The notes under the pieces were generated by a model. It was not told the origin of the DNA, ran no database searches, and was given only the letters and a program-made list of their open reading frames with translations. A program made the position numbers and the translations under genes. From contig CAWHDT010000001.1 in NCBI GenBank assembly GCA_963828195.1, positions 128,001-192,000 of the forward strand: a stretch of 64,000 nucleotides of DNA, in the 5' to 3' direction. This DNA comes from Candidatus Bathyarchaeota archaeon. Its GTDB lineage: Archaea > Thermoproteota > Bathyarchaeia > Bathyarchaeales > Bathycorpusculaceae. Shown piece by piece: positions 38,977 through 47,550 of the stretch. How positions within the stretch are numbered: position 1 is the stretch's first letter; each line of letters begins with the position of its first letter.

Positions 38977-39294
38977 CTCTTGAGGCTTGATTTTGTTACT
39001 TGAAGGATAAGCGAGTAGAAAAGAGTAAAGAGGTTTGATTATCATCGTGCATTAAGGGTTCGCTATCGTTATGGAACAGGCTATTGGTCAGAAGAATGCA
39101 AACGCTTTGGTATGGCGACACTGAAGCTGAATCTGATTTAACCAGAATCTTTTCCAACTCATACCTTTTCTGAGGTCTCAGAATAAAAGTTCGAACCTAA
39201 CAATTGGAAGATTTGTCAACAACCTACACATTTTATATTTATAGATTAAATAGGTTTTAGATAGCACTGCTGTATTTTTTGCCAATGCATTGGT

Positions 39295-39753
39295 TTATGG
39301 AATTTCGTAGAAACCACACAGTACATAAGTATTTTCTAAAGTTTTCATTATCTCTTTTGAATAGTAAATAGGGACAAGGGATTGGCAGCTATTTACTATG
39401 CTTAACTCATCTGACTCCAGCGTGTTACCGTTAATCCTCATGTTAGTGCATATCGCCGTAATCGAGTTATGAAAAAAGAAGTTCAGCCTGTCATTGCCAT
39501 TAATCATTTTTTTCAGTTTTTCGTTAACTTCATTGTCAACTGCAGGGGATTGTCTTGCGTTTTCCTTGAAGAGCGTTCGGTCTTTTATTCCAGTAATTGA
39601 AACACAGTCCTTAGGCAGCAGTGCAGCTAAAATAATATTTGCCTCGCCAACTTTCATGCGTAGATGCATATTAGGAACTAGATTGAAGTAACACCTAACT
39701 ATATTTTCAACGGCATTTTGAGCATTCATGAAAATCACAAATCTTGAGGTCAC
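39295..39753 (-). CDS. Hypothetical protein
   Basis: 152 aa ORF inside cassette 2, divergent from the Lrp gene; no recognised motif. Confidence 0.5.
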   Translation of the reverse strand: MTSRFVIFMNAQNAVENIVRCYFNLVPNMHLRMKVGEANIILAALLPKDCVSITGIKDRTLFKENARQSPAVDNEVNEKLKKMINGNDRLNFFFHNSITAICTNMRINGNTLESDELSIVNSCQSLVPIYYSKEIMKTLENTYVLCGFYEIP

Positions 39754-39942
39754 TAAGGCTCCGAAGCACTAAGCAAGTTATCAAGATATATGTATAAGCT
39801 TTTCGTGCTATTGTAAAAAAAACCAAAATAAGTGGAATATATGCTCAATAAAAGTTTACTAAATTGGTTTTTCTGTAGAACATTGAAGCAATAATTCGTT
39901 CTTAAATGAATACATTAATTAGCTACTTCAAAAAATGAAGTT

Positions 39943-40929
39943 TTGATGACAAAAGGAATTGATGTAATAAACGCTAAAATTCTAAAAGAACTGCTCAAAG
40001 ACGGACGAAAAAGCTTTGTAGAAATTGCGAAAGAGTGCAGCACATCAAAATACGTCATCGCAAAGCGCTACAAACAAATGAAGAGCAGGGGCATTATAGT
40101 CGGAGCACCAATCCAAAATAGCCCTGCTTGTTATGGTTGCAACCTGACTGCAGACATCCACATCTACACTCACCCTGATAAAGCGGACTCTCTACCTGAA
40201 CTGATTTCTAAAATTCCGCAAGTCTTTGCCGTTTATCACATTGGAATAAACCCAAGTTTAGCGACCATAGTGATAATGAAAAACATAAAGGAATTGGATC
40301 AAGTCAAACAATCAATAAAGAAACTGCCGTTCATTTTGGGAGTCGACACAAAGGTTTGGACGGGTATAAGAAACATTCCAGATAATTTATCGGTACTAAC
40401 GCTTCAAGAAGCAACTGGCAAAGCTGAGAATGAAAATGTAAATGCAAAAAACTCAATCGAAAAATTAGCGATTAAAATTGATGAAATAGATAGTCGGATA
40501 ATTGAAAAACTAGCAATAAATGCGCGCATGCCCTTTAAGACAATCGCTACGGAACTGGGAGTATCAACTGACACTGTGGTAAGAAGATATGAAAGACTGA
40601 AGAAAAACGGCGACCTTAAGGTGGTAGTACAAATCAACCCAACAAAAATAGGGTATTATGCTTATGCCACTTTCAAAATAGCTGTTATGTCTCAAGATAA
40701 TTTGCCTGATAAGTTAGAGAGCCTCGCCAAGATTCCAGATGTCAATAACATACTTAGAACAAGCGGCAATTTTGATTATATGATAAGTTTGATGGTAAGG
40801 GATATAAAACAGCTGACAGCCATTAAAGAAGAAATCGCCAGTATGCCTGGTGTTACAACTATGGAAACAAACGTAGAAAAACTGTTCAGCGTTTGGCCCC
40901 TTCCCAGAGAGTTCATATCAACAGTCTAG
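39943..40929 (+). CDS. Tandem (double) Lrp/AsnC transcriptional regulator
   Basis: Two HTH-RAM units: ID.I..KIL.EL.KDGRKSF.EIA and IDEID.RII..L..NARMPF..IA.ELGVS..TV.RR. Confidence 0.92.
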   Translation: MMTKGIDVINAKILKELLKDGRKSFVEIAKECSTSKYVIAKRYKQMKSRGIIVGAPIQNSPACYGCNLTADIHIYTHPDKADSLPELISKIPQVFAVYHIGINPSLATIVIMKNIKELDQVKQSIKKLPFILGVDTKVWTGIRNIPDNLSVLTLQEATGKAENENVNAKNSIEKLAIKIDEIDSRIIEKLAINARMPFKTIATELGVSTDTVVRRYERLKKNGDLKVVVQINPTKIGYYAYATFKIAVMSQDNLPDKLESLAKIPDVNNILRTSGNFDYMISLMVRDIKQLTAIKEEIASMPGVTTMETNVEKLFSVWPLPREFISTV

Positions 40930-40962
40930 TTTTATTTCAATGATTTAAGCACAATAGATTAA

Positions 40963-40998
40963 TTTACCACTAAATTAGGTTCGAATCCCTTCTCCGAC
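40963..40998 (+). repeat. att-like repeat R2
   Basis: TTTACCACTAAA-TTA-GGTTCGAATCCCTTCTCCGAC; also shares upstream CAATAGATT with R1. Confidence 0.85.
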
Positions 40999-41061
40999 TT
41001 CAACAGCAGCTAAGCAACCTTATAGGCTACGTTTGATATCTATTGTGTTAAAGGAATCTTC

Positions 41062-41355
41062 ATGTCTGAAACAATCACTCTAAGATTGCCGCCTCAAACA
41101 GCCAAGAAACTCCAAGAAATTGCCAGAAAAGAAGGCAAAGACCGCTCAAAGCTCATTCGGGAAATCCTCGAGAAGGGCGTCAAACAGAAAAGTATAGAGC
41201 AAGCCGTTGAACTTTACCGAACCGGTCAGGTTACAGCGTGGAAGGCTGCTCAGTTATCGGAGGTTTCGTTGTGGGCATTCTACAAAATATTAGAAGATGA
41301 AGGGGTCACTTTTCAGTATTCTGAACATGATTTAGAGGAAGACTTGAAAACATAA
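41062..41355 (+). CDS. Antitoxin, RHH + UPF0175 family
   Basis: TITLRLP...DRSKLIREIL (RHH); AVELYRTGQVTAWKAAQL (UPF0175). Confidence 0.88.
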   Translation: MSETITLRLPPQTAKKLQEIARKEGKDRSKLIREILEKGVKQKSIEQAVELYRTGQVTAWKAAQLSEVSLWAFYKILEDEGVTFQYSEHDLEEDLKT

Positions 41356-41372
41356 GAGGCTGAAAAACACAG

Positions 41373-41906
41373 TTGCAGACTGTCTCAAACACTAGCCCAC
41401 TTATCTGGCTCGCAAAGATTGGCAAACTCAGCATACTAAAAGAGTTGTTTGGTGAAGTCCTCATTTCAGAACAAAGTTATAAAGAAGCAGTCGAAAAAGG
41501 TTTAGAAGAGGGATTTAGCGATGCGTTGGTAATCAAAGACGCATGCGACCTAGGCTGGATCAAGGTCAAGCATCTTAGTGAGCGCCAAGTTGAACTTTGC
41601 CAGAAAATAACGCGGCACAGTTTTGAACTGCATCTAGGTGAAGCCCAAGCTATAGTTTTGGCACGTGAGATCGGTAAGGATGCGCTTTTGTTGATGGATG
41701 ACTCCAGTGGCCGAGCCTTCGCTGAAACGTGGGGTCTAAAAGTCAAAGGGACACTATATGTTATAATGACCGCGCTGCGAAGTGAATTATTAGATAATGC
41801 GGAGGCAAATGAGACAGTGCTAACTTTAGTGCGGAAAGGGTTCAGAATTGAATCAAAGTTACTGGCAAGAACTATACAAGAAATCGAAAAGTGCACGGAA
41901 CAATAA
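41373..41906 (+). CDS. PIN-domain toxin, DUF3368 family
   Basis: SNTSPLIWLAKIG, LHLGEAQAIVLA, LLMDD, GLKVKGTL. Confidence 0.9.
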   Translation: MQTVSNTSPLIWLAKIGKLSILKELFGEVLISEQSYKEAVEKGLEEGFSDALVIKDACDLGWIKVKHLSERQVELCQKITRHSFELHLGEAQAIVLAREIGKDALLLMDDSSGRAFAETWGLKVKGTLYVIMTALRSELLDNAEANETVLTLVRKGFRIESKLLARTIQEIEKCTEQ

Positions 41907-41932
41907 GCCTATCGGTTTTAATTGATCTTGTC

Positions 41933-41971
41933 TTTTCTGGTCACAGGGACTCGAATCCACTCCCCGGTGCC
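41933..41971 (+). repeat. att-like repeat R3
   Basis: TTTTCTGGTCAC-A-GGGACTCGAATCCACTCCCCGGTGCC, a degenerate copy of the R1 unit. Confidence 0.8.
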
Positions 41972-42003
41972 CCACTTCGAATTAATCGGTTCGCTTAAGA
42001 GAG

Positions 42004-42321
42004 CTATTGAGTTCTGAGCCCGCTGAGTCTCTTGCCGAGTTCGTCGAAGATAATTTGCTTTTTCTCTTTGGTTAAGTTGAAGAGAACTTTGTTAGCCATT
42101 TCATTTGAGATAGTGAAGATATAGTTTAGTTTTATAACGCTGTCTTTTATGGCTCCTTCACTTTTGGTTAGGGGTATTCCTTTCATTTTGAGATTGCTTG
42201 TTATGCCTGCGATCACAACATTGCCAAGCTCTTCAAAAAGAACCACCGCTGGCCGAACTTTTACCTCATCTGTGTCCGTGAACTGCACGCTTGCCAGAAT
42301 AACGTCACCAGGCTTAAGCAT
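42004..42321 (-). CDS. mazF: PemK/MazF family toxin
   Basis: KPGDVILASVQFTD...KVRPAVVL...ITS; start 42321 overlaps the antitoxin stop (alternative 42336). Confidence 0.9.
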   Translation of the reverse strand: MLKPGDVILASVQFTDTDEVKVRPAVVLFEELGNVVIAGITSNLKMKGIPLTKSEGAIKDSVIKLNYIFTISNEMANKVLFNLTKEKKQIIFDELGKRLSGLRTQ

Positions 42322-42547
42322 CTTCCCAAGCCTCATCCTCCTCGTTACCCCATAATTCTTTCATCTTCGCCTGCTGAATCCTGTGGAGAAACTCGTCGTA
42401 TTGCCTACTCTTTCCAGATTCTTTCGCAGTTTTTATTAAAGTCAAGATTGTTTCGTTGTAGGTTTCTCGCGGGTATTTCCTGATGTTTTTTAGTTCTTTA
42501 ACTACTGATTTCTTAAGTTGAATGGTGGTAACATCTTTGTCTGTCAT
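42314..42547 (-). CDS. Putative antitoxin (archaeal VAPB/DUF7557-like N-terminus, acidic LW..EEDEAWE tail)
   Basis: TTIQL...L...RKYPRETYNE.I; directly upstream of and overlapping mazF. Confidence 0.8.
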   Translation of the reverse strand: MTDKDVTTIQLKKSVVKELKNIRKYPRETYNETILTLIKTAKESGKSRQYDEFLHRIQQAKMKELWGNEEDEAWEDA

Positions 42548-42620
42548 TATAGGCTCGCTATAAGTATCTATGACGCATTATAATATATCTGTATCGCCAA
42601 GCTGCCTTAATTAAAAAATA

Positions 42621-42671
42621 GGGACTTCGGGTTCGCAGAGATTCGAATTTCTTCTCCGGCACCAATTTTTA
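42621..42671 (+). repeat. att-like repeat R4 (long copy including variable arm and 3' trailer)
   Basis: GGGACTTCGGGTTCGCAGAGATTCGAATTTCTTCTCCGGCACCAATTTTTA vs tRNA 31811-31860 GGGCTTCGCGCCCGCAAGGGTTCGAATCCCTTCCCCGGCGCCAATTTTTA. Confidence 0.85.
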
Positions 42672-42840
42672 AGTGTTTTCTGGGACGTTTCGGCTAAATA
42701 GTGACAATTTCTGGTTATGTAGAAACACCTCCGAAACAATCGAAATCTGGAGCAAAATTTTGCAAATGAAAAATATGAAAAGTGCGCGCCAAGAAAAGGC
42801 GACGCGGCATTGAACGATTTTTGTGAGTACAGAGATTGTT

Positions 42841-44556
42841 TTATTGGCTTCTGGAGTTTGCTCTGTTCGCTGCCATTTGCTTTCTCATTTGTTCGAGGGC
42901 TTTTTGGTCAAGGTAGTATTTTCCGTTGACTTCTTGGAAAACTTTTGTTTGTCCTGCACGTCTCTCCATGAAATCTTCAAATCGCGGCGGCAAGCCAAGT
43001 TGTTCGGCGGTCATGGCTTTTTCTGGGATAGTGGCTCCTTTCTGCTGGAAAGTGCTGACCAGTCGGCGGAATCGCTCTATACGCTCTTGTTGGCTTAGTA
43101 GTCTCTGCTGTGTTTGCTGAGTGGGTTGGGCGGCTTGGGTTGGGGTTTGTTGCGTCTGGATAGTTGGTGGTGGAGGTGCAACGTTAGGTTGGTTTGAAGT
43201 CACCTCGCTTTCTTCTGCTGCGCCGCTTCCATCATCGTTGTTTTTTGGATTTGAGGTGCTGACGCTTGATGAGCTAGCTGATCCTGCTGAGCTTCCAACT
43301 GCTCCACCTGATCCTTTTCCTCGTGTAAACTTGAAACCTACAATAGCAACGACAACTACGACTGCAACGACTCCGATGATTATGAACAGAAGACTGTTGG
43401 AGCTTGATGAGGGTGCGGTGGATGATGCGGGGGTGCTTGTTGGAGCTGAGGAGATAGCGGGGGTTGAAGTTGCAGTGGTTGAGGTTCCAGTGGCCGAATC
43501 CGACAGATATGAGACTGCGTTGGAGCCACCGTCAACTATGAATATCTCGCTTTTTGCAGAATCGTAAGCTACACCTAGTGCAAGGGGTCCATTGGAATCC
43601 GCACTTATTGGTAACTGAACAAGAGGAGCATACGCCACAACGTTGTTGCTTGAATCGGATATTGCAACGATGTAGGTGCCAGTTTCTTCGAATATTTCGG
43701 CCTTGCTAGTATCATAGGTTAAATCTGTAGGATTTCCTGAGTAGGTTGCAGATGCCAAGGTGTTAGTTGCGACAACGGAGTTGGAGCTATCAGATATTAC
43801 TTCGAACCCGCCGTCAACCTCGTCGGCTACGTATATTTCTCCTTTAGTTGAATCGTAAGCTAGCCCTTCTGGACCGTTTCCCGCGTTCACGGTTTTAACC
43901 ACCTGATTGTTGCTGTCTGTTATTACGGAAACGGTGGATGACAATTCGTTGGAGACAAATATTTCGTTTTTACCTTGATCATAAGCGACGCCGATTGGGC
44001 CGACTCCTACGGTTATGGTTGCTATCTCGGTGTTTGAGCTATCTGAGATGACTGAAACTGTGGATGGCGGAGGATTGGATTCTTGACTAGCCGCGTTATA
44101 ATTGGAATTTGCTACGAACAACTCGCCTTTTCCAGAATCATAAGCGATACCTTCGGGGCCTATTCCCACTGTAATGGTTTGAACTACAGAGTCAGAGCTG
44201 TCTGATATGACAGCTACCGAGCCATTGGTTGAGCCGTCGCCCTCATCAGTTACAAACAACTCTCCCTTCTGAGAATCATAAGCGATACCAGTGGGATATT
44301 GCCCTACTCCGCTTATAGTTTGAACCACTGAATTAGAGCTATCAGATATGACCGAGACTGTGCCGCCGCCCTGATTAGTTACAAATATTTCTCCTTTTAC
44401 AGAATCATAGGCAGCGTATTCTGGACTGCTCCCAACTGTTATTGTTGGTGGAACAGAAAGCTGCGTGACAGCGTGAACCATATTGGCCGCTGACAGGGCA
44501 AAAACCACAATTAATAAGGCACATAATAGTTTCCAAACTTTGACTTTCATAAACAT
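42841..44556 (-). CDS. YVTN/YncE beta-propeller cell-surface protein with TM anchor and cytoplasmic C-terminal domain
   Basis: Signal peptide; about 7 repeats TITVG..P.GIAYDS.KGE.FV.N....VSVISDSSN; S/T linker; TM LLFIIIGVVAVVVVVAIVGF; about 160 aa cytoplasmic tail. Confidence 0.9.
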   Translation of the reverse strand: MFMKVKVWKLLCALLIVVFALSAANMVHAVTQLSVPPTITVGSSPEYAAYDSVKGEIFVTNQGGGTVSVISDSSNSVVQTISGVGQYPTGIAYDSQKGELFVTDEGDGSTNGSVAVISDSSDSVVQTITVGIGPEGIAYDSGKGELFVANSNYNAASQESNPPPSTVSVISDSSNTEIATITVGVGPIGVAYDQGKNEIFVSNELSSTVSVITDSNNQVVKTVNAGNGPEGLAYDSTKGEIYVADEVDGGFEVISDSSNSVVATNTLASATYSGNPTDLTYDTSKAEIFEETGTYIVAISDSSNNVVAYAPLVQLPISADSNGPLALGVAYDSAKSEIFIVDGGSNAVSYLSDSATGTSTTATSTPAISSAPTSTPASSTAPSSSSNSLLFIIIGVVAVVVVVAIVGFKFTRGKGSGGAVGSSAGSASSSSVSTSNPKNNDDGSGAAEESEVTSNQPNVAPPPPTIQTQQTPTQAAQPTQQTQQRLLSQQERIERFRRLVSTFQQKGATIPEKAMTAEQLGLPPRFEDFMERRAGQTKVFQEVNGKYYLDQKALEQMRKQMAANRANSRSQ

Positions 44557-44872
44557 TCCTCAACATATTTTTCTGAAACAAACTAGATGTACTGAATTGT
44601 TTATTCATGCGTAACCTTCCCCACAAGCGGGTATATTTTTTGGAATTTAAAGCTTGCGCTAGCCTGATTCCATTAGGTTCAAGTAATTCACCGTCCGCTT
44701 AATATGTAAAATTTTTATAAAGTATAGATTAGTAAAAAGCAAAAAAAATCAAATTTTAATAAATTCTGATACCCTCCCAAAAAATGGCAAGTAATCAATT
44801 GCAGGTAATCTTCTATATGTTGGTTGAAATAATAGTCTTAAGTGATGAGATCGTGAAGCGTCTCTACCATCT

Positions 44873-44904
44873 TGGTGGCTCTGCTAGGTTTGAACCCAAT
44901 TTTT
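44873..44904 (-). repeat. Inverted degenerate 3' end of a different tRNA
   Basis: Minus strand AAAAATTGGGTTCAAACCTAGCAGAGCCACCA: T-loop-like plus ACCA end, back-to-back with R5. Confidence 0.6.
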
Positions 44905-44912
44905 AGGCTCTT

Positions 44913-44953
44913 GTTATCGGTAAATTGGGGTTCTAATCCCTTCCTCGGCGCCA
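44913..44953 (+). repeat. att-like repeat R5 (distal border of the array)
   Basis: GTTATCGGTAAA-TTG-GGGTTCTAATCCCTTCCTCGGCGCCA; 24/26 identical to tRNA 31828-31853. Confidence 0.9.
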
Positions 44954-45101
44954 AACTCGCATGCACCGCATCTCCAAAGACTCGATTTTTCGGCAACCAT
45001 TATGCTCAAAATCAATACTCAATGAATCACAGCAGATTTCCATAATGTTTTTCTTCTCACAAGACGAAGGCTTGTAGTTGCATATCCTGAAGTGGAATTA
45101 A

Positions 45102-45642
45102 ATGGTGGAAAATACGGTGAAGGACCCTGGCCCAATCTGGATAAGCCGAGAATTCGCAAAATGCAGCGGCTGCCGCAAATGCGAGATCGCGTGCTCTCTG
45201 CATCATGAAAATAAAATCTGGCCTGAAGCCTCAAGAGTTCGCGTGTTCATGCCTAGTTCCAGGCACAGAATTCCCTCATTTATGCACTCAATGCGAAGAT
45301 TACCCGTGTGTTAGAGCTTGCCCCTTTAAAGCTCTGGATATAAACAAGGAAACCAGCGCAGTAACCGTTAACGTGGACAAGTGCAAGGGCTGTGGCAAAT
45401 GCGTGGATGCTTGCCCGGGGAAAGTTCCGCATGTTCACCCAGAGAGTAAGAAGATTTTGATCTGTGACTTGTGTGGCGGAGATCCGAAGTGCGCCAAAGT
45501 ATGCCAAGAAGGCGGCTGGAACTGCTTAAAAGCGGTTGACCGTGGAGATCACGAGTTCAAACTTTATGCGCGTATCCCCGAGGAGACTGCAAGAAACCTC
45601 GCCACTAAGTTGTATGGCGAGAAAGCGGAGGAGTTTTTCTGA
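45102..45642 (+). CDS. 4Fe-4S dicluster ferredoxin-like subunit (AOR partner), apparent frameshift near 45252
   Basis: CSGCRKCEIAC (45102 frame) continues as CTQC..PCVRACP, CKGCGKCVDACP, CDLC...PKC...C (45205 frame); removing one C in ATGCCTAGTT joins them. Confidence 0.85.
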
Positions 45643-47510
45643 TGCTTGGCTACGCTGGAAAATTCTTGGAAGTGGACCTGTCAACTTCAACCGTTAAAAA
45701 CACGACGGTTCCTGACGAGTGGCTAAAAGACTTCATGGGGGGCAGGGCGTTAGCCGTTAAAATCCTAAGCGAAAGATTAATCGATAAATGGGAGAAGGTT
45801 GACCCTCTTGGACCCGAAAACCTGCTGTTGTTAATGACTGGGCCTTTCACAGGGTATTTTCCAGGTGGTAGAACATGCGTCACAGGCAAATCGCCCCAAA
45901 GCAACGGCGTAGTTGGCTCTACGGTCGGCGGCGAATTCGGAGTTGAGCTTAGATGCGCAGGTTACGACGGCGTAATAGTGTCGGGAAAAGCTGAGAAACC
46001 AGTTTACCTGTTCATAAAGGATTCTGATGTGGAACTCAGGGACGCCGGCGACATCTGGGGCAAAGATGGCAAACAAACCGATGCCTTGTTGAACCGCGAA
46101 TGCCGACGCTTGCTGTCTGAGCGCTACCCGCACGTGGGTGTTTGGAAGGAGCCGGCTAAACTTTACATTGGACCTGCTGGTGAACGGAAAGTTCGACCCT
46201 CGGTTGTTGTGGCTAAATGGACTCACGCTGCAGGTTACGGCGGATACGGCGCAGTTATGGGGTCAAAAAACCTTAAAGCCGTCGCTGTTAAAGGCACGGG
46301 ACCGCTTCCTGAAGTTGCGGATTTGGAGAAAGTCAAGCAAATGATTGATGAAGTCTGCAAAGGCGCCTATAGGAACGTGTTGTGGCGCAGGTGGGGAACT
46401 GGGGGAGGAGGCTACAGTTTCGGAGCCGAAACCAGTTCTGAACCTATTCGCAATTGGCAGGAAGAATGGCATGACCAGAGAAGCTACGGTGTAGACCAGT
46501 TTGAGAGCAAAGTTTGGGTTAAACCTGCATGGAGCGATTTCGGCTGCCCCACAAACTGCTTGAAAATCAGCTGCATCCGCGCGGGAAAATACAAGGGTGC
46601 TATAACAGATAATCCTGATTATGAGCTGCAGGCTTTTCTGGGTCCAAATTTGGGTTTGTTTACACCTGAAGAAAACGTGCATTTGTCCTCGCTTATTGAA
46701 GATTTAGGTATGTGTGGCATCCAAGCTGGCAGCGTAATGGGTTTTGCAGCTGAGCTTTTTCAACGCAGCATCTTAACCAAGGCTGATCTGGAGGGGTTGG
46801 AGTTGAAATGGGGCGACATCGACGCTTTCGCAGCTTTGGCAAAGAAAATCGCTTATCGAGAAGGCATAGGCGACTTACTGGCTGAAGGGACATACCGAGC
46901 TGCACTCAAAATTGGGAAGATGAAAAACAAAAACCTCTTACCCTACACTGTAACAAGCAAAGGCATCAGTATCGGTGCCCACGGCATCAGAAGCGGAAGA
47001 GACTTCTCAAGAGAAATAGGCTACGCCTGCAGCGTTCAGGGCGGCGACCATTCATCCATGACGGATTTGCCCATTGACGGATGGGGCAGTGAGATTTGGC
47101 AAATATTTAACGATTCAGCAGTAATGTGCATTTTCACTTCTTTCAGCATATCACCGAGCTTTAGATATGAATTCTACAATGCCGTGACAGGTCAAAGTTT
47201 AAGTCGCAATGGATGGCTAAACGGCGGAGGAATGAAAACGCTGCAGATACAGAGGGCTCTTCTGCTTTTTGGTGGACCCGATTTAAAGTGGAACCCGAAA
47301 GTTGACGATGATAACCCAGAGAGGTTCTATGAGCCGCTGCCTTCGGGACCATGCAAGGGGCAAGCCGCTGACAGGGCAAGTGTAAAGCAGAAAGTGCGTC
47401 AATATTACGAGCAAGCAGGGTGGGACCAAAGCGGCACACCTACATCTGAGACACTACGCAAACTGAATTTAGAATATGTAGATAAAAACTTAAACAGGGT
47501 AAGAAGTTAA
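45642..47510 (+). CDS. aor: Tungsten-dependent aldehyde:ferredoxin oxidoreductase family protein
   Basis: GYAGKFLEVDLS, KSP, GPAGE, GAVMGSKNLKAV, PDYE, GIGDLLAEG. Confidence 0.92.
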   Translation: MLGYAGKFLEVDLSTSTVKNTTVPDEWLKDFMGGRALAVKILSERLIDKWEKVDPLGPENLLLLMTGPFTGYFPGGRTCVTGKSPQSNGVVGSTVGGEFGVELRCAGYDGVIVSGKAEKPVYLFIKDSDVELRDAGDIWGKDGKQTDALLNRECRRLLSERYPHVGVWKEPAKLYIGPAGERKVRPSVVVAKWTHAAGYGGYGAVMGSKNLKAVAVKGTGPLPEVADLEKVKQMIDEVCKGAYRNVLWRRWGTGGGGYSFGAETSSEPIRNWQEEWHDQRSYGVDQFESKVWVKPAWSDFGCPTNCLKISCIRAGKYKGAITDNPDYELQAFLGPNLGLFTPEENVHLSSLIEDLGMCGIQAGSVMGFAAELFQRSILTKADLEGLELKWGDIDAFAALAKKIAYREGIGDLLAEGTYRAALKIGKMKNKNLLPYTVTSKGISIGAHGIRSGRDFSREIGYACSVQGGDHSSMTDLPIDGWGSEIWQIFNDSAVMCIFTSFSISPSFRYEFYNAVTGQSLSRNGWLNGGGMKTLQIQRALLLFGGPDLKWNPKVDDDNPERFYEPLPSGPCKGQAADRASVKQKVRQYYEQAGWDQSGTPTSETLRKLNLEYVDKNLNRVRS

Positions 47511-47550
47511 ATCTACCAAAAAATAGGCAGAGAATTTTGGGGAAAAAGTC

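Larger units (their letters stand above)
31854..44953. mobile_element. tRNA-Ser-anchored tandem array of five integrase-less gene cassettes (genomic islets)
   Basis: Five direct copies of the tRNA 3' end (38952, 40978, 41946, 42621, 44928) all fall between genes; cargo is accessory (TA pairs, regulators, surface proteins); no integrase ORF seen. Confidence 0.8.

Noticed and set aside
39855-39867. TTTACTAAATTGG as another palindrome/att unit
   Set aside because: Three bases short and not followed by tRNA-like sequence; more likely part of the Lrp promoter region.
31854-44953. Provirus or conjugative element with its own integrase
   Set aside because: No ORF with tyrosine/serine recombinase, capsid, replication or transfer motifs was recognised in the interval.
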